64,000 bases of DNA from Arenicellales bacterium. Lineage in GTDB: Bacteria > Pseudomonadota > Gammaproteobacteria > Arenicellales > Poriferihabitantaceae. The translations under genes were made by a program, and so were the position numbers. Of the stretch, positions 54,035-62,278 are shown one piece after another; the stretch's first letter is position 1; every line of letters begins with the position of its first letter. The notes beneath the pieces were generated by a model. That model was not told the DNA's origin. It saw only the letters and a program-made list of their open reading frames with translations, and searched no databases. The stretch is from NCBI GenBank assembly GCA_965231905.1, contig CBDDOO010000002.1:714192-778191 (forward strand), in the 5' to 3' direction.

Positions 54035-54056
54035 GGGCGACCCTCTGTGGTCGCCC
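54035..54056 (+). terminator. GC-rich stem-loop downstream of the ParE-like gene (terminator or REP-like element)
   Basis: GGGCGACC-CTCTGT-GGTCGCCC, an 8-bp perfect stem, followed by GTTTCATTT. Confidence 0.4.
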
Positions 54057-54101
54057 GTTTCATTTCCGTCAGACACGCCCGAAAATCAGAGGTAAGAATA
54101 T

Positions 54102-54506
54102 ATGAAAGCTAAAAATTTCGACAAAAAATTTGATGCTGGAGAGGACGAAATCGTTGCCGACCTGGACTTGTCTACAACAGTAAAACCAAATCAGAATCAA
54201 AAGCGGGTAAACGTTGATTTCCCAATCTGGATGATCGAATCACTGGATAGGGAAGCCAGCCGAATTGGAGTGACACGGCAATCAATCATCAAGCTATGGT
54301 TATCCGAAAAATCGGGAGTGACGGCAATCACACTCTTCGTGCCAGAGAAACGGAAAACCCATAACCGCTTCGGGATTGCCCTTGAAATCGTCGGCAAGAT
54401 CGTCGATCCAGAATTCTTGTCAGCCATCTTATCGCCCGGTGAAATGACCGGTTTCCCAATGCGTCCGTCTTCTGACTGTTATGCCTCCGTCAGTTCAGGA
54501 ACGTGA
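54102..54506 (+). CDS. BrnA/CopG-type antitoxin homologue with an abnormal C-terminal extension and no BrnT partner
   Basis: KNFDKKFDAGEDEIVADLDLS...KRVNVDFPIWMIESLDREASRIGVTRQSIIKLWL is the BrnA pattern (normally ~80-90 aa). This ORF runs to 134 aa. Confidence 0.6.
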   Translation: MKAKNFDKKFDAGEDEIVADLDLSTTVKPNQNQKRVNVDFPIWMIESLDREASRIGVTRQSIIKLWLSEKSGVTAITLFVPEKRKTHNRFGIALEIVGKIVDPEFLSAILSPGEMTGFPMRPSSDCYASVSSGT

Positions 54507-54709
54507 TCATCTTCATATTTTTCTATCAGTACGCCAATGACCTCCATGAGTGAGGCCAGGGGATGGCTTTCATCCTCGCCCACCACATCAATCAAATCAT
54601 CCAGTACAGACACCAACCGTTGGTATTCGTTATCCGCATGGGGAACGAAAACAACGGGGTTCAGCATGGGCCATACATCCTGGGTGGTTTGTATTTCTGT
54701 TCTCATCAT
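54479..54709 (-). pseudogene. Truncated HigA (E. coli YgjM-type) antitoxin lacking the C-terminal HTH domain
   Basis: 76 aa. NEYQRLVSVLDDLIDVVGEDESHPLASLMEVIGVLIEKYE resembles the N-terminal dimerisation half only. Confidence 0.5.
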
Positions 54710-54892
54710 TTACTCCTTCCATCTCCCTTCATCATAATCGACATGCGATAGTATCGCACGAATATAGATTCTTTGCCGGTTGTCACGAAATTCCCCTCGT
54801 TTCATGAGTCGATACCAGTGTTCGAGTGATGTTCTGGTATCAGGATGTTTCCGGGAAAATTCGTTCAGGCGTTTTCGTGCGATTATATGCAC
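54710..54892 (-). pseudogene. Degenerate HigB-type mRNA interferase toxin (internal deletion)
   Basis: VHIIARKRLNEFSRKHPDTRTSLEHWYRLMKRGEF (HigB N-terminus) runs directly into RIYIRAILSHVDYDE (HigB C-terminus). The middle ~40 residues are missing. Confidence 0.5.
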
Positions 54893-54918
54893 AGGATACT
54901 TATATTCGAGCCCACTTT

Positions 54919-57900
54919 CTACCGACCTTTCAACGATATAATCCAACTATCATCGTCCAGAGACCGTTCGACCGTAAACCCTCCCTCCAGAGAGTCCGTC
55001 AGTTCCACCGCCAGGGTCTCGGTCAGGATGGTTTCGCGGTGCTGATGCAGCGCGGCGCATACTCTCGGCGTTCCGGTGATGCACAGCGAAATCCTGTCGG
55101 AAATCGCAAGCCCGGCTGATTTGCGGGCATCCTGTACGGTTCGCACCAGCTCGCGGGCAACGCCTTCGATCAGTAGTTCGTCATCAAGTGAGGTATTGAG
55201 CGCAACCAGGTAGCCTTGCTCCGAGCAGGCGGCGAAGCCTTGTGCCGATGAGGTCAGTATCTGAATGTCTTCGCGCTCGAACACGATCTCCCGGCCTTCA
55301 ATTTCCATCTCCAGAGCCTTGCCAGCCTGAATCTGCCGCGCAACCCGGTTTCCATCCGCCTCCGCCAGCGCCGCCTTGATGGCTGGCATCAATTTACCGT
55401 AACGTTTCCCCAGCCGCGGGAAGTTCGGTTGGATGGCATAGCGGATCAGTTCCTGGTCGGAGTCGATGAAGTCGATGGTCTTGATATTCAATTCTTCCAG
55501 GATTTGGCGTTCGTGTTTTTTGAGCGCGGAGCGCACGGGGACAGAAGTCGAACTGACCAGCATCTGTGAAAGCGGCTGACGCACACGAATCCGGCTTTGC
55601 TCGCGGGCGGAGCGACCGAGTCCGACAATGGTCTGCACTACATCCATTTCAGCTACCAGATCGTTATCGAGACTTTCAACATTCCATTTCGGCCATGCGG
55701 CCAGATGTACGCTTTGCTGGTGGCCGGAATCGTATTTTCCGAGATTATGGTAGAACGCCTCGCTCAGAAACGGCATGAACGGCGCAATCATCCGCGCAAT
55801 CAGGTCCAGGCATTCATACAGGGTCAGGTAGGCGGCCTGTTTGTCATCGCCGTCGTCGCTTTTCCAGAATCGGCGCCGATTGCGCCGTATATACCAGTTG
55901 CTGATCTGGCTCACCAGCTTCTCGATTGCCTGCCCCGCTGCGAATGCGTCATATCGGTCCAGTGATTCGGTCACGGTTTGCAGGGTCTGGTGAGCGAGCG
56001 CAAGCGCCCATCTGTCGATCTGTGGCCGGTCGGTCCGGGCGACCCGCCGGCTGGCGTCAAACCGGTCGAGTCTCGCGTAAAGAATGAAAAATGACCAGGT
56101 GTTCCATAATGTATTGATGAAGGTCGCCGCGACTTCCCGGACAATTCCCACCGAAATCCGTTTTTGCGCGTCGGGAGCGGTGCGCGCCAGAAACAGCCAG
56201 CGCAGGGCGTCGACTCCGACCACATCGAAAACGTCATACGGATTGACGATGTTGCCCTGGGATTTGGACATTTTCTTGCCGTGCTTATCGACGATATGAC
56301 TCAGGCAAACGCAGTTTTTATAGGCTACGCTGTCATCGACCAGGGCGGCGATGGCATGCAGGGTATAAAACCATCCCCGGGTCTGGTCGATAGCCTCACA
56401 AATATAATCGGCGGGAAAGTGTCTGGCGAAAACATCCTGATTCTCGAAAGGGTAGTGCCACTGTGCATAGGTCATGGCGCCGGAATCAAACCAGCAATCA
56501 ATGACTTCGGGAACCCGGCGGTAGGTCCGCCCTTCCCGGACGAATGTGATCTCGTCAATCTGCGGGCGGTGCAGATCCGTGTCGCGCATGGATTGCCCGG
56601 TCAGGGTTTCGAGTTCGTCCAGTGAGCCAATGCAGATGAAATCTCCCTGGCCGTCCGTCCAGACCGGCAACGGGGTTCCCCAGAAACGTTCGCGGGACAG
56701 CGCCCAATCGACATTGTTTTCCAGCCAGTGGCCGAACCTCCCGTCCCGAATGGTCGCAGGCACCCAGTTGATGGTTTTGTTCAGTGCCACCATCCGTTCC
56801 CGGATTGCGGTTGTTTTTATATACCAGGCTTCCTTCGCATAGTAGATCAACGGGTCTCCGGTACGCCAGCCAAAAGGATAGTTGTGCAGTGTTGTCTGAT
56901 TGGCGAACAGACTGCCCTGACTGTCCAGCAGCTTGACAATGACCGGGTCGGCTTCCTTGAAAAACAATCCGGCAACCGGCGTCGCCTGTGGCTTGAAACA
57001 GCCGTCGAGTCCGACTCCATGCACGACCGGCAATCCTTCCCGTTGTCCGAGCGCGAGATCATCGACTCCGTAGGCGGGCGCCGTATGCACGATTCCGGTG
57101 CCGTCTTCGGTATTGACGAAATCCGCGCTGACTACGCGGAAACAATCGCCGGATTCGATATCCAGCCAATCGAACAGCCGGTCATAGCGCAGTCCGACCA
57201 ACTCGCTGCCCTTTACCGTTTTGATGACTTCACAGGGCAGGTCCTGTTCTGTGAAGTAGCGCCCGACCCGGGCACAGGCCAGGATCAGGACTTCATCGTT
57301 GTGACGCACCCAGGCATAGTCAATATCCTCGCCGACCGCGAGCAGCAGATTCGAGGGCAGTGTCCAGGGGGTCGTGGTCCAGACCAGAAATGAGGCGCTC
57401 TCTTCACCTTTGAGTCTCAAGCGAACAGTGACAGAGGGGTCTTCAACCTCCCTGTAACCCTGGGCTACTTCGTGGGATGACAGGGTGGCGCCGATACGCG
57501 GGTCGTAGGGCACGACCTTGTAGCCTTTGTAGATCAGTCCCTTGTCCCAGATTCGCTGGAGCAGATTCCAGGTGGATTCAATGTACTGGTTATCCAGCGT
57601 GTAGTAGGCTTCATCCAGATTGACCCAGTATCCCATGCGACGGGTCATCTCTTCCCATTCGCCGATATAGGTCATCACCGATTCGCGGCAGCGGCGGGTG
57701 AACTCGGTGACGCCGACCTGGCTCTCGATTTCCTTCTTGTCAAAAATGCCGAGTTGTTTCTCTATTTCATGTTCGACCGGCAGGCCATGTGTATCCCAGC
57801 CACCCTTGCGTGGCGCGTGGAATCCGCGCATGGTTTTGAACCGGGGGTAGATATCCTTGAATGTACGGGCCAGGACATGATGAATGCCCGGTTTGCCGTT

Positions 57901-58068
57901 GGCCGTGGGTGGGCCTTCATTGAAGCTGAAACGCGGCTTGCCTTCGCTTTGTTGCAGGGTCTTTTCGAAGATGGAGTTCCTTTCCCAGAATTCGAGGACG
58001 GATTTTTCCAGTTCCGGGCCATTATAGCGGCCCTGAACATCATCAAATTCTTGCTCGTTTTGTGTCAT
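54919..58068 (-). CDS. ileS: Isoleucine--tRNA ligase, type 2 (eukaryote/actinobacterial-like)
   Basis: 1049 aa. NEGPPTANGKPGIHHVLARTFKDIYPRFKTMRGFHAPRKGGWDTHGLPVE, a KMSKS loop (KKMSKSQGN), and no C-terminal Cys-rich Zn domain. Confidence 0.9.
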   Translation of the reverse strand: MTQNEQEFDDVQGRYNGPELEKSVLEFWERNSIFEKTLQQSEGKPRFSFNEGPPTANGKPGIHHVLARTFKDIYPRFKTMRGFHAPRKGGWDTHGLPVEHEIEKQLGIFDKKEIESQVGVTEFTRRCRESVMTYIGEWEEMTRRMGYWVNLDEAYYTLDNQYIESTWNLLQRIWDKGLIYKGYKVVPYDPRIGATLSSHEVAQGYREVEDPSVTVRLRLKGEESASFLVWTTTPWTLPSNLLLAVGEDIDYAWVRHNDEVLILACARVGRYFTEQDLPCEVIKTVKGSELVGLRYDRLFDWLDIESGDCFRVVSADFVNTEDGTGIVHTAPAYGVDDLALGQREGLPVVHGVGLDGCFKPQATPVAGLFFKEADPVIVKLLDSQGSLFANQTTLHNYPFGWRTGDPLIYYAKEAWYIKTTAIRERMVALNKTINWVPATIRDGRFGHWLENNVDWALSRERFWGTPLPVWTDGQGDFICIGSLDELETLTGQSMRDTDLHRPQIDEITFVREGRTYRRVPEVIDCWFDSGAMTYAQWHYPFENQDVFARHFPADYICEAIDQTRGWFYTLHAIAALVDDSVAYKNCVCLSHIVDKHGKKMSKSQGNIVNPYDVFDVVGVDALRWLFLARTAPDAQKRISVGIVREVAATFINTLWNTWSFFILYARLDRFDASRRVARTDRPQIDRWALALAHQTLQTVTESLDRYDAFAAGQAIEKLVSQISNWYIRRNRRRFWKSDDGDDKQAAYLTLYECLDLIARMIAPFMPFLSEAFYHNLGKYDSGHQQSVHLAAWPKWNVESLDNDLVAEMDVVQTIVGLGRSAREQSRIRVRQPLSQMLVSSTSVPVRSALKKHERQILEELNIKTIDFIDSDQELIRYAIQPNFPRLGKRYGKLMPAIKAALAEADGNRVARQIQAGKALEMEIEGREIVFEREDIQILTSSAQGFAACSEQGYLVALNTSLDDELLIEGVARELVRTVQDARKSAGLAISDRISLCITGTPRVCAALHQHRETILTETLAVELTDSLEGGFTVERSLDDDSWIISLKGR

Positions 58069-58184
58069 TTCCCAGGGTTTTCGGATCGGAATGGAATTTT
58101 TGTATGGGGTCAGGCTGGCGCATTATGCACACTTGGGAGATCATCCACAACACGGCGGTATCCATTGGGCCGGGCACAGGGTAA

Positions 58185-58814
58185 TCATGATCGGTTTCTG
58201 GCGTACCCGCTCCTGACAATACCGGATACGATCAGGGCCATCACCACTCCGCTTGCCAGGCCGGCGCTGTGGGCTGTGTTGGCGACAGCCAGTCCGAAAA
58301 ACTTTTCAAGCAGTCCGGACCAGCACAGTAGAAACCATCCCAGCATCAGCTTTATGATTGCCGGATTGAGACGAATCCGGAATCGTGGATTGGTCAATGA
58401 TTGGATCCAGATATAACCGAATAATCCATAGATGACTCCCGACATACCGCCGAACAGGGGGCCCGATACCAGGTATTGGGCCAGATTCGAGACTACACCG
58501 GCGCCGGATATCAGTATGGCCAGTAGCCATGCGCCCTGTTGCCGTTCGATAATCCGTCCCAGTTCCCATGTCCATAACATGTTGAACACGATGTGAAAAA
58601 TGCTGAAATGAAGGAACATCGGCGTCACCAGGCGCCACCACTGACCCTGCTGGATTTCCGGGAGAGTGGGTCGGATATATTCCGAGATCAGCAAAGGCCC
58701 CACAAGGATGTGTTCCATGCCGAAGTTCATCAGGGCGTAGACTGCGACTGAAATGCCGACCATCAGGAGGGTAAACGGCGGGGCGCCTTCGAGTATCGGA
58801 GAATTACCGCCCAT
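58185..58814 (-). CDS. Rhomboid-family intramembrane serine protease
   Basis: HFSIFHIVFNMLW (His/Asn), GGMSGVIYGLFGY (catalytic GxSG) and a downstream His in TM6. Internal ATG 58814 chosen. Confidence 0.8.
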   Translation of the reverse strand: MGGNSPILEGAPPFTLLMVGISVAVYALMNFGMEHILVGPLLISEYIRPTLPEIQQGQWWRLVTPMFLHFSIFHIVFNMLWTWELGRIIERQQGAWLLAILISGAGVVSNLAQYLVSGPLFGGMSGVIYGLFGYIWIQSLTNPRFRIRLNPAIIKLMLGWFLLCWSGLLEKFFGLAVANTAHSAGLASGVVMALIVSGIVRSGYARNRS

Positions 58815-59163
58815 CCATTTCGACCCGGTCGCTTTCTCCCAGGGTGACCTGCTTGTTGTCGAGGGTGGTGAAGCGCCGCCCCTTGATGGTTTTTTGCCGC
58901 GCCTGGTAAATCGTACTGACGCCGTCATCGGAAATGACGCGAATGGTGATGATTTTGTTGTCGGCCTGAAATTTGATGATGAAGATTCCGGCCGCGATTA
59001 ACAGCAGGATACCCAGCAGGGCATAGGTGACGCCGCGCACAGACAGGGTTCCCGATTCATCCGGTTTTTCCACGGTTGGAGAACGGGTGGGCGCTGTCTT
59101 CGTTCGGAACACGATGGCAACGATGATAATTACCGCCACGGTAATCAGGATTTTGGTCAGCAT
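58804..59163 (-). CDS. Hypothetical membrane protein (two TM segments)
   Basis: ILITVAVIIIVAIVF and YALLGILLLIAAGIFII. Overlaps the rhomboid gene start. Confidence 0.5.
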   Translation of the reverse strand: MLTKILITVAVIIIVAIVFRTKTAPTRSPTVEKPDESGTLSVRGVTYALLGILLLIAAGIFIIKFQADNKIITIRVISDDGVSTIYQARQKTIKGRRFTTLDNKQVTLGESDRVEMDGR

Positions 59164-59210
59164 GTTGGCGTGACGGAACGATTCCGGGGCCGGTCAATGA
59201 GATACCGGGC

Positions 59211-60647
59211 TTATTTGCCTGAGCCGCCCCAAAGCCAGGACCAACTGATTTTCTTTTCGGTATGCCCCCGTTTTTCGATGGGGATGTAGCGGCGTTTCAG
59301 ATTGCCCTGATAAAGCTGGCGGGGCCGCCCGATTTTTTGCTCGTCGTCCACCAGCATTTCTTTCCAGTGTGAAATCCAGCCCACGGTCCGGCCTATGGCG
59401 AACATGACGGTGAACATCGAAGTCGGGAATCCCATCGCTTTCATGATGATGCCGGAGTAGAAATCCACATTGGGGTAGAGTTTCTTTTCGATAAAGTAAT
59501 CATCCTTCAGCGCTATTTCCTCGAGTTTCATCGCCAGTTCCAGTTGCGGCTCATGGATGCCGAACTCTTTCAGAACCTCATGACAGGTCTGGCGCATGAC
59601 GGTCGCCCTGGGGTCGTAGTTTTTATAGACGCGATGTCCGAACCCCATCAAACGGAAAGGGTCGCTCTTGTCCTGGGCTTTCTTGATATATTTGTCGATT
59701 TGATCGACACTGCCGATCTCATCCAGCATTTTCAACACGGCTTCGTTGGCGCCGCCATGCGCCGGCCCCCATAATGACGCGATACCGGAGGCGATACAGG
59801 CATAGGGATTGGCGCCCGAAGAACCCGCCAGACGGACCGTTGAGGTTGACGCATTCTGTTCGTGGTCGGCGTGCAGAATCAGTATCCTGTCAATCGCCCG
59901 GGCCAGAACCGGATTGATCTTGTAGTCCTCCGCGGGATTGGAAAACATCATTTGCAACAGGTTTTCGGAATAGCTGAGAGAATTGCGCGGCATCGGGAAC
60001 GGCATCCCCAGAGAATACTTGTAGGCATAAGCGCCGATGGTCGGCATTTTCGCGATCAGGCGATGAGCCGCCGTTCTGCGTTGTTCGACATCGGTAATAT
60101 CCGTACTGTCGTGATAAAAGGCGGACAGGGCGCCGACCACTCCGACCATGATCGCCATCGGATGGGCACTGCGCATGAAGCCGGAGTAGAATTTCGCCAG
60201 TTGCTGGTGGATCAGAGTGTGATTCCGGATGTCGGCGTCGAACTCGCTCTTTTGTTCCGGGGTCGGCAATTCGCCATACAGCAGGAGGTAACAGGTCTCC
60301 ATGAAATCGCTCTTTTTCGCCAGATCGTCAATGCTGTAGCCGCGATGCAGCAGGATGCCCTTGTCGCCGTTGATATAGGTGATATCCGATTTGCAGGATG
60401 CGGTGGAGGTGAATCCCGGATCATAAGTAAGGACACCGGTATCACCGTACAACGCCTTGATATCAATCAGCCGGTTGCCGGTTGACCCTGTCCGCGCCGG
60501 CAACCGCCATGATTGTCCTGTGCTGTTGTCAGTCAGGGTAAACGAGTCCATTTCCTGGTCTGTCGGCTGTTCTTCCTGCAGGTCCATCACGGGCTGAAGT
60601 TGTTGGTCAGACATTGATTCCTCATTTGGCTCATCGTTAATTGACAA
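59211..60647 (-). CDS. gltA: Citrate synthase (type II, hexameric type) with an acidic N-terminal extension
   Basis: [14 protein letters not shown] signature, [10 protein letters not shown]; 478 aa. Confidence 0.93.
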   Translation of the reverse strand: MSINDEPNEESMSDQQLQPVMDLQEEQPTDQEMDSFTLTDNSTGQSWRLPARTGSTGNRLIDIKALYGDTGVLTYDPGFTSTASCKSDITYINGDKGILLHRGYSIDDLAKKSDFMETCYLLLYGELPTPEQKSEFDADIRNHTLIHQQLAKFYSGFMRSAHPMAIMVGVVGALSAFYHDSTDITDVEQRRTAAHRLIAKMPTIGAYAYKYSLGMPFPMPRNSLSYSENLLQMMFSNPAEDYKINPVLARAIDRILILHADHEQNASTSTVRLAGSSGANPYACIASGIASLWGPAHGGANEAVLKMLDEIGSVDQIDKYIKKAQDKSDPFRLMGFGHRVYKNYDPRATVMRQTCHEVLKEFGIHEPQLELAMKLEEIALKDDYFIEKKLYPNVDFYSGIIMKAMGFPTSMFTVMFAIGRTVGWISHWKEMLVDDEQKIGRPRQLYQGNLKRRYIPIEKRGHTEKKISWSWLWGGSGK

Positions 60648-60780
60648 TCCCGGATTTTACACTATAATAGCAATCCTGTTCCAATATGATGAGCAATCAA
60701 CGCTACCTTGTCTAACCTGTTTGGAGGCTATGCCGTGAAAATACCGACCAATCCCACAACCCGGGGAAAGGCTGTTGTTA

Positions 60781-60804
60781 CCCCCCCCCCCCCCCCCCCC
60801 CCCC
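60781..60804 (+). repeat. Homopolymeric C24 tract
   Basis: 24 consecutive C, ending 6 nt before ATG 60811. Confidence 0.97.
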
Positions 60805-60810
60805 GATCCA

Positions 60811-61563
60811 ATGCGTAACGATCAGCAGGGGCCCTCTCTTTCCAAACGGAAAATCATCACTTCCCTCGGACTGACCTCCGGAGTCCTCGGCGCCGCCGCC
60901 CTCCCTCCAGGCTGGATCAAACCCGTCGTCAACTCCGTCCTGCTGCCCGCCCACGCGCAAACCAGCGACACTGTCAATACCGCTACTTCACCGCAGTCTA
61001 CCGTAGAAGCGGATACACAGACGGTTCAGACACAAAATACCCCGGTACAGCAAAATACCCCGACTACCAATATCCATGAAGAGGGCCATGCCGAATGTAT
61101 GCCGGGAGATGTACTGAGGCCGGGAGATTGGCGCCGCGTTTATACTACCAATCGCAGCGATTTTGTCTATTTTAACGTCAGAGGCATCCCGACCCCGCCT
61201 CCGGTGGAGTATCGGCCGTCGTGTATGAAGGCGATCAGAGAGAGTCAAAATGGGATTGCTCCGAGCCCACAAGCTCCATTTGGGTGGCTAATTGGAAGAC
61301 CCGCAAACTGCGTCCCGGAAAACCAGGAGGACTACAGAGCCAGGGTGGATCGGGAGAGAGCTGTTATTACCCAATATAATGGCTGGGGTGCATTGGGCAA
61401 GACAGGAACAGGCATTATCATAAGTGAGAAGGGGGATGCGGATGACGTTTGGACAGTCACGGTTCTTGGCAGCGGGACTTACGACTTTGAAGCGCGAAAG
61501 ACGACCCATGCACCGGACCGGTCTAATTGGGCCGATGACCGGTGGACAATTATCAAATGCTAG
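60811..61563 (+). CDS. Hypothetical secreted protein
   Basis: N-terminal KRKIITSLGLTSGVLGAAALPPGWIKPVVNSVLLPAHAQTS signal-like region, a Thr/Gln-rich linker, and a Cys-containing C-terminal domain. Start uncertain (see findings). Confidence 0.6.
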   Translation: MRNDQQGPSLSKRKIITSLGLTSGVLGAAALPPGWIKPVVNSVLLPAHAQTSDTVNTATSPQSTVEADTQTVQTQNTPVQQNTPTTNIHEEGHAECMPGDVLRPGDWRRVYTTNRSDFVYFNVRGIPTPPPVEYRPSCMKAIRESQNGIAPSPQAPFGWLIGRPANCVPENQEDYRARVDRERAVITQYNGWGALGKTGTGIIISEKGDADDVWTVTVLGSGTYDFEARKTTHAPDRSNWADDRWTIIKC

Positions 61564-61786
61564 AGCGCTCCGGGGCGTAAATCCGGCAAAGGGGTCTCCG
61601 CAAGACAACGCCTGAGTTTGAAATTCGGGCAATTTAAGCCATGCGATTCCATTAATGGCATCGTTCTCCGACAGACCGGGTTCGGCCTGACCCGGTTTTG
61701 TTTTTCCCTGGACTTGTTGAAAGGTTTCCTTAATGGTATCTTACCTTGTACAAACAACAAGACAATCATTATCCGGGAGGAACGAA

Positions 61787-62278
61787 ATGCTACGATCACT
61801 GAGTATAGACCCTGAAAAATGTACTGGCTGCTTGCAGTGCGAAATGGCTTGTTCTTATGAGAACGAAGGAGTGTTCAATCCGGCTAAATCCCGGATAAAG
61901 GTTTTTACCTTCCATGACGAAGGCCGGTTCGTGCCTTATACCTGCACCCAGTGTGATGAAGCCTGGTGCCTGCATGCCTGCCCGGTTGAGGCGATTACGA
62001 TGGACCGGGAAACCGGGGCGATGATCGTCAGCGATTCGGTCTGCGTAGGCTGCAAGGTCTGCACCATCGCCTGCCCGTTCGGGACGGTGAATTACAATCA
62101 GGACACCGGCAAGGTCATCAAGTGCGACCTTTGCGGGGGCGATCCCAAGTGCGCCAGCGCCTGTCCGACCGCCGCTATCACTTACGTGGACGCAGACGCC
62201 ACCGGGCTCGAGAAAATGAGGGCGTGGGCGGCAAAGACAGACAGCGCGGCTGTGAACCAGGGGGGGGCGGTACAATGA
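61787..62278 (+). CDS. 4Fe-4S dicluster (polyferredoxin-like) protein
   Basis: Four Cys clusters: CTGCLQCEMAC, CTQCDEAWCLHACP, CVGCKVCTIACP, CDLCGGDPKCASACP. SD GGGAGG lies upstream of ATG 61787. The stop overlaps the AOR start. Confidence 0.85.
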   Translation: MLRSLSIDPEKCTGCLQCEMACSYENEGVFNPAKSRIKVFTFHDEGRFVPYTCTQCDEAWCLHACPVEAITMDRETGAMIVSDSVCVGCKVCTIACPFGTVNYNQDTGKVIKCDLCGGDPKCASACPTAAITYVDADATGLEKMRAWAAKTDSAAVNQGGAVQ

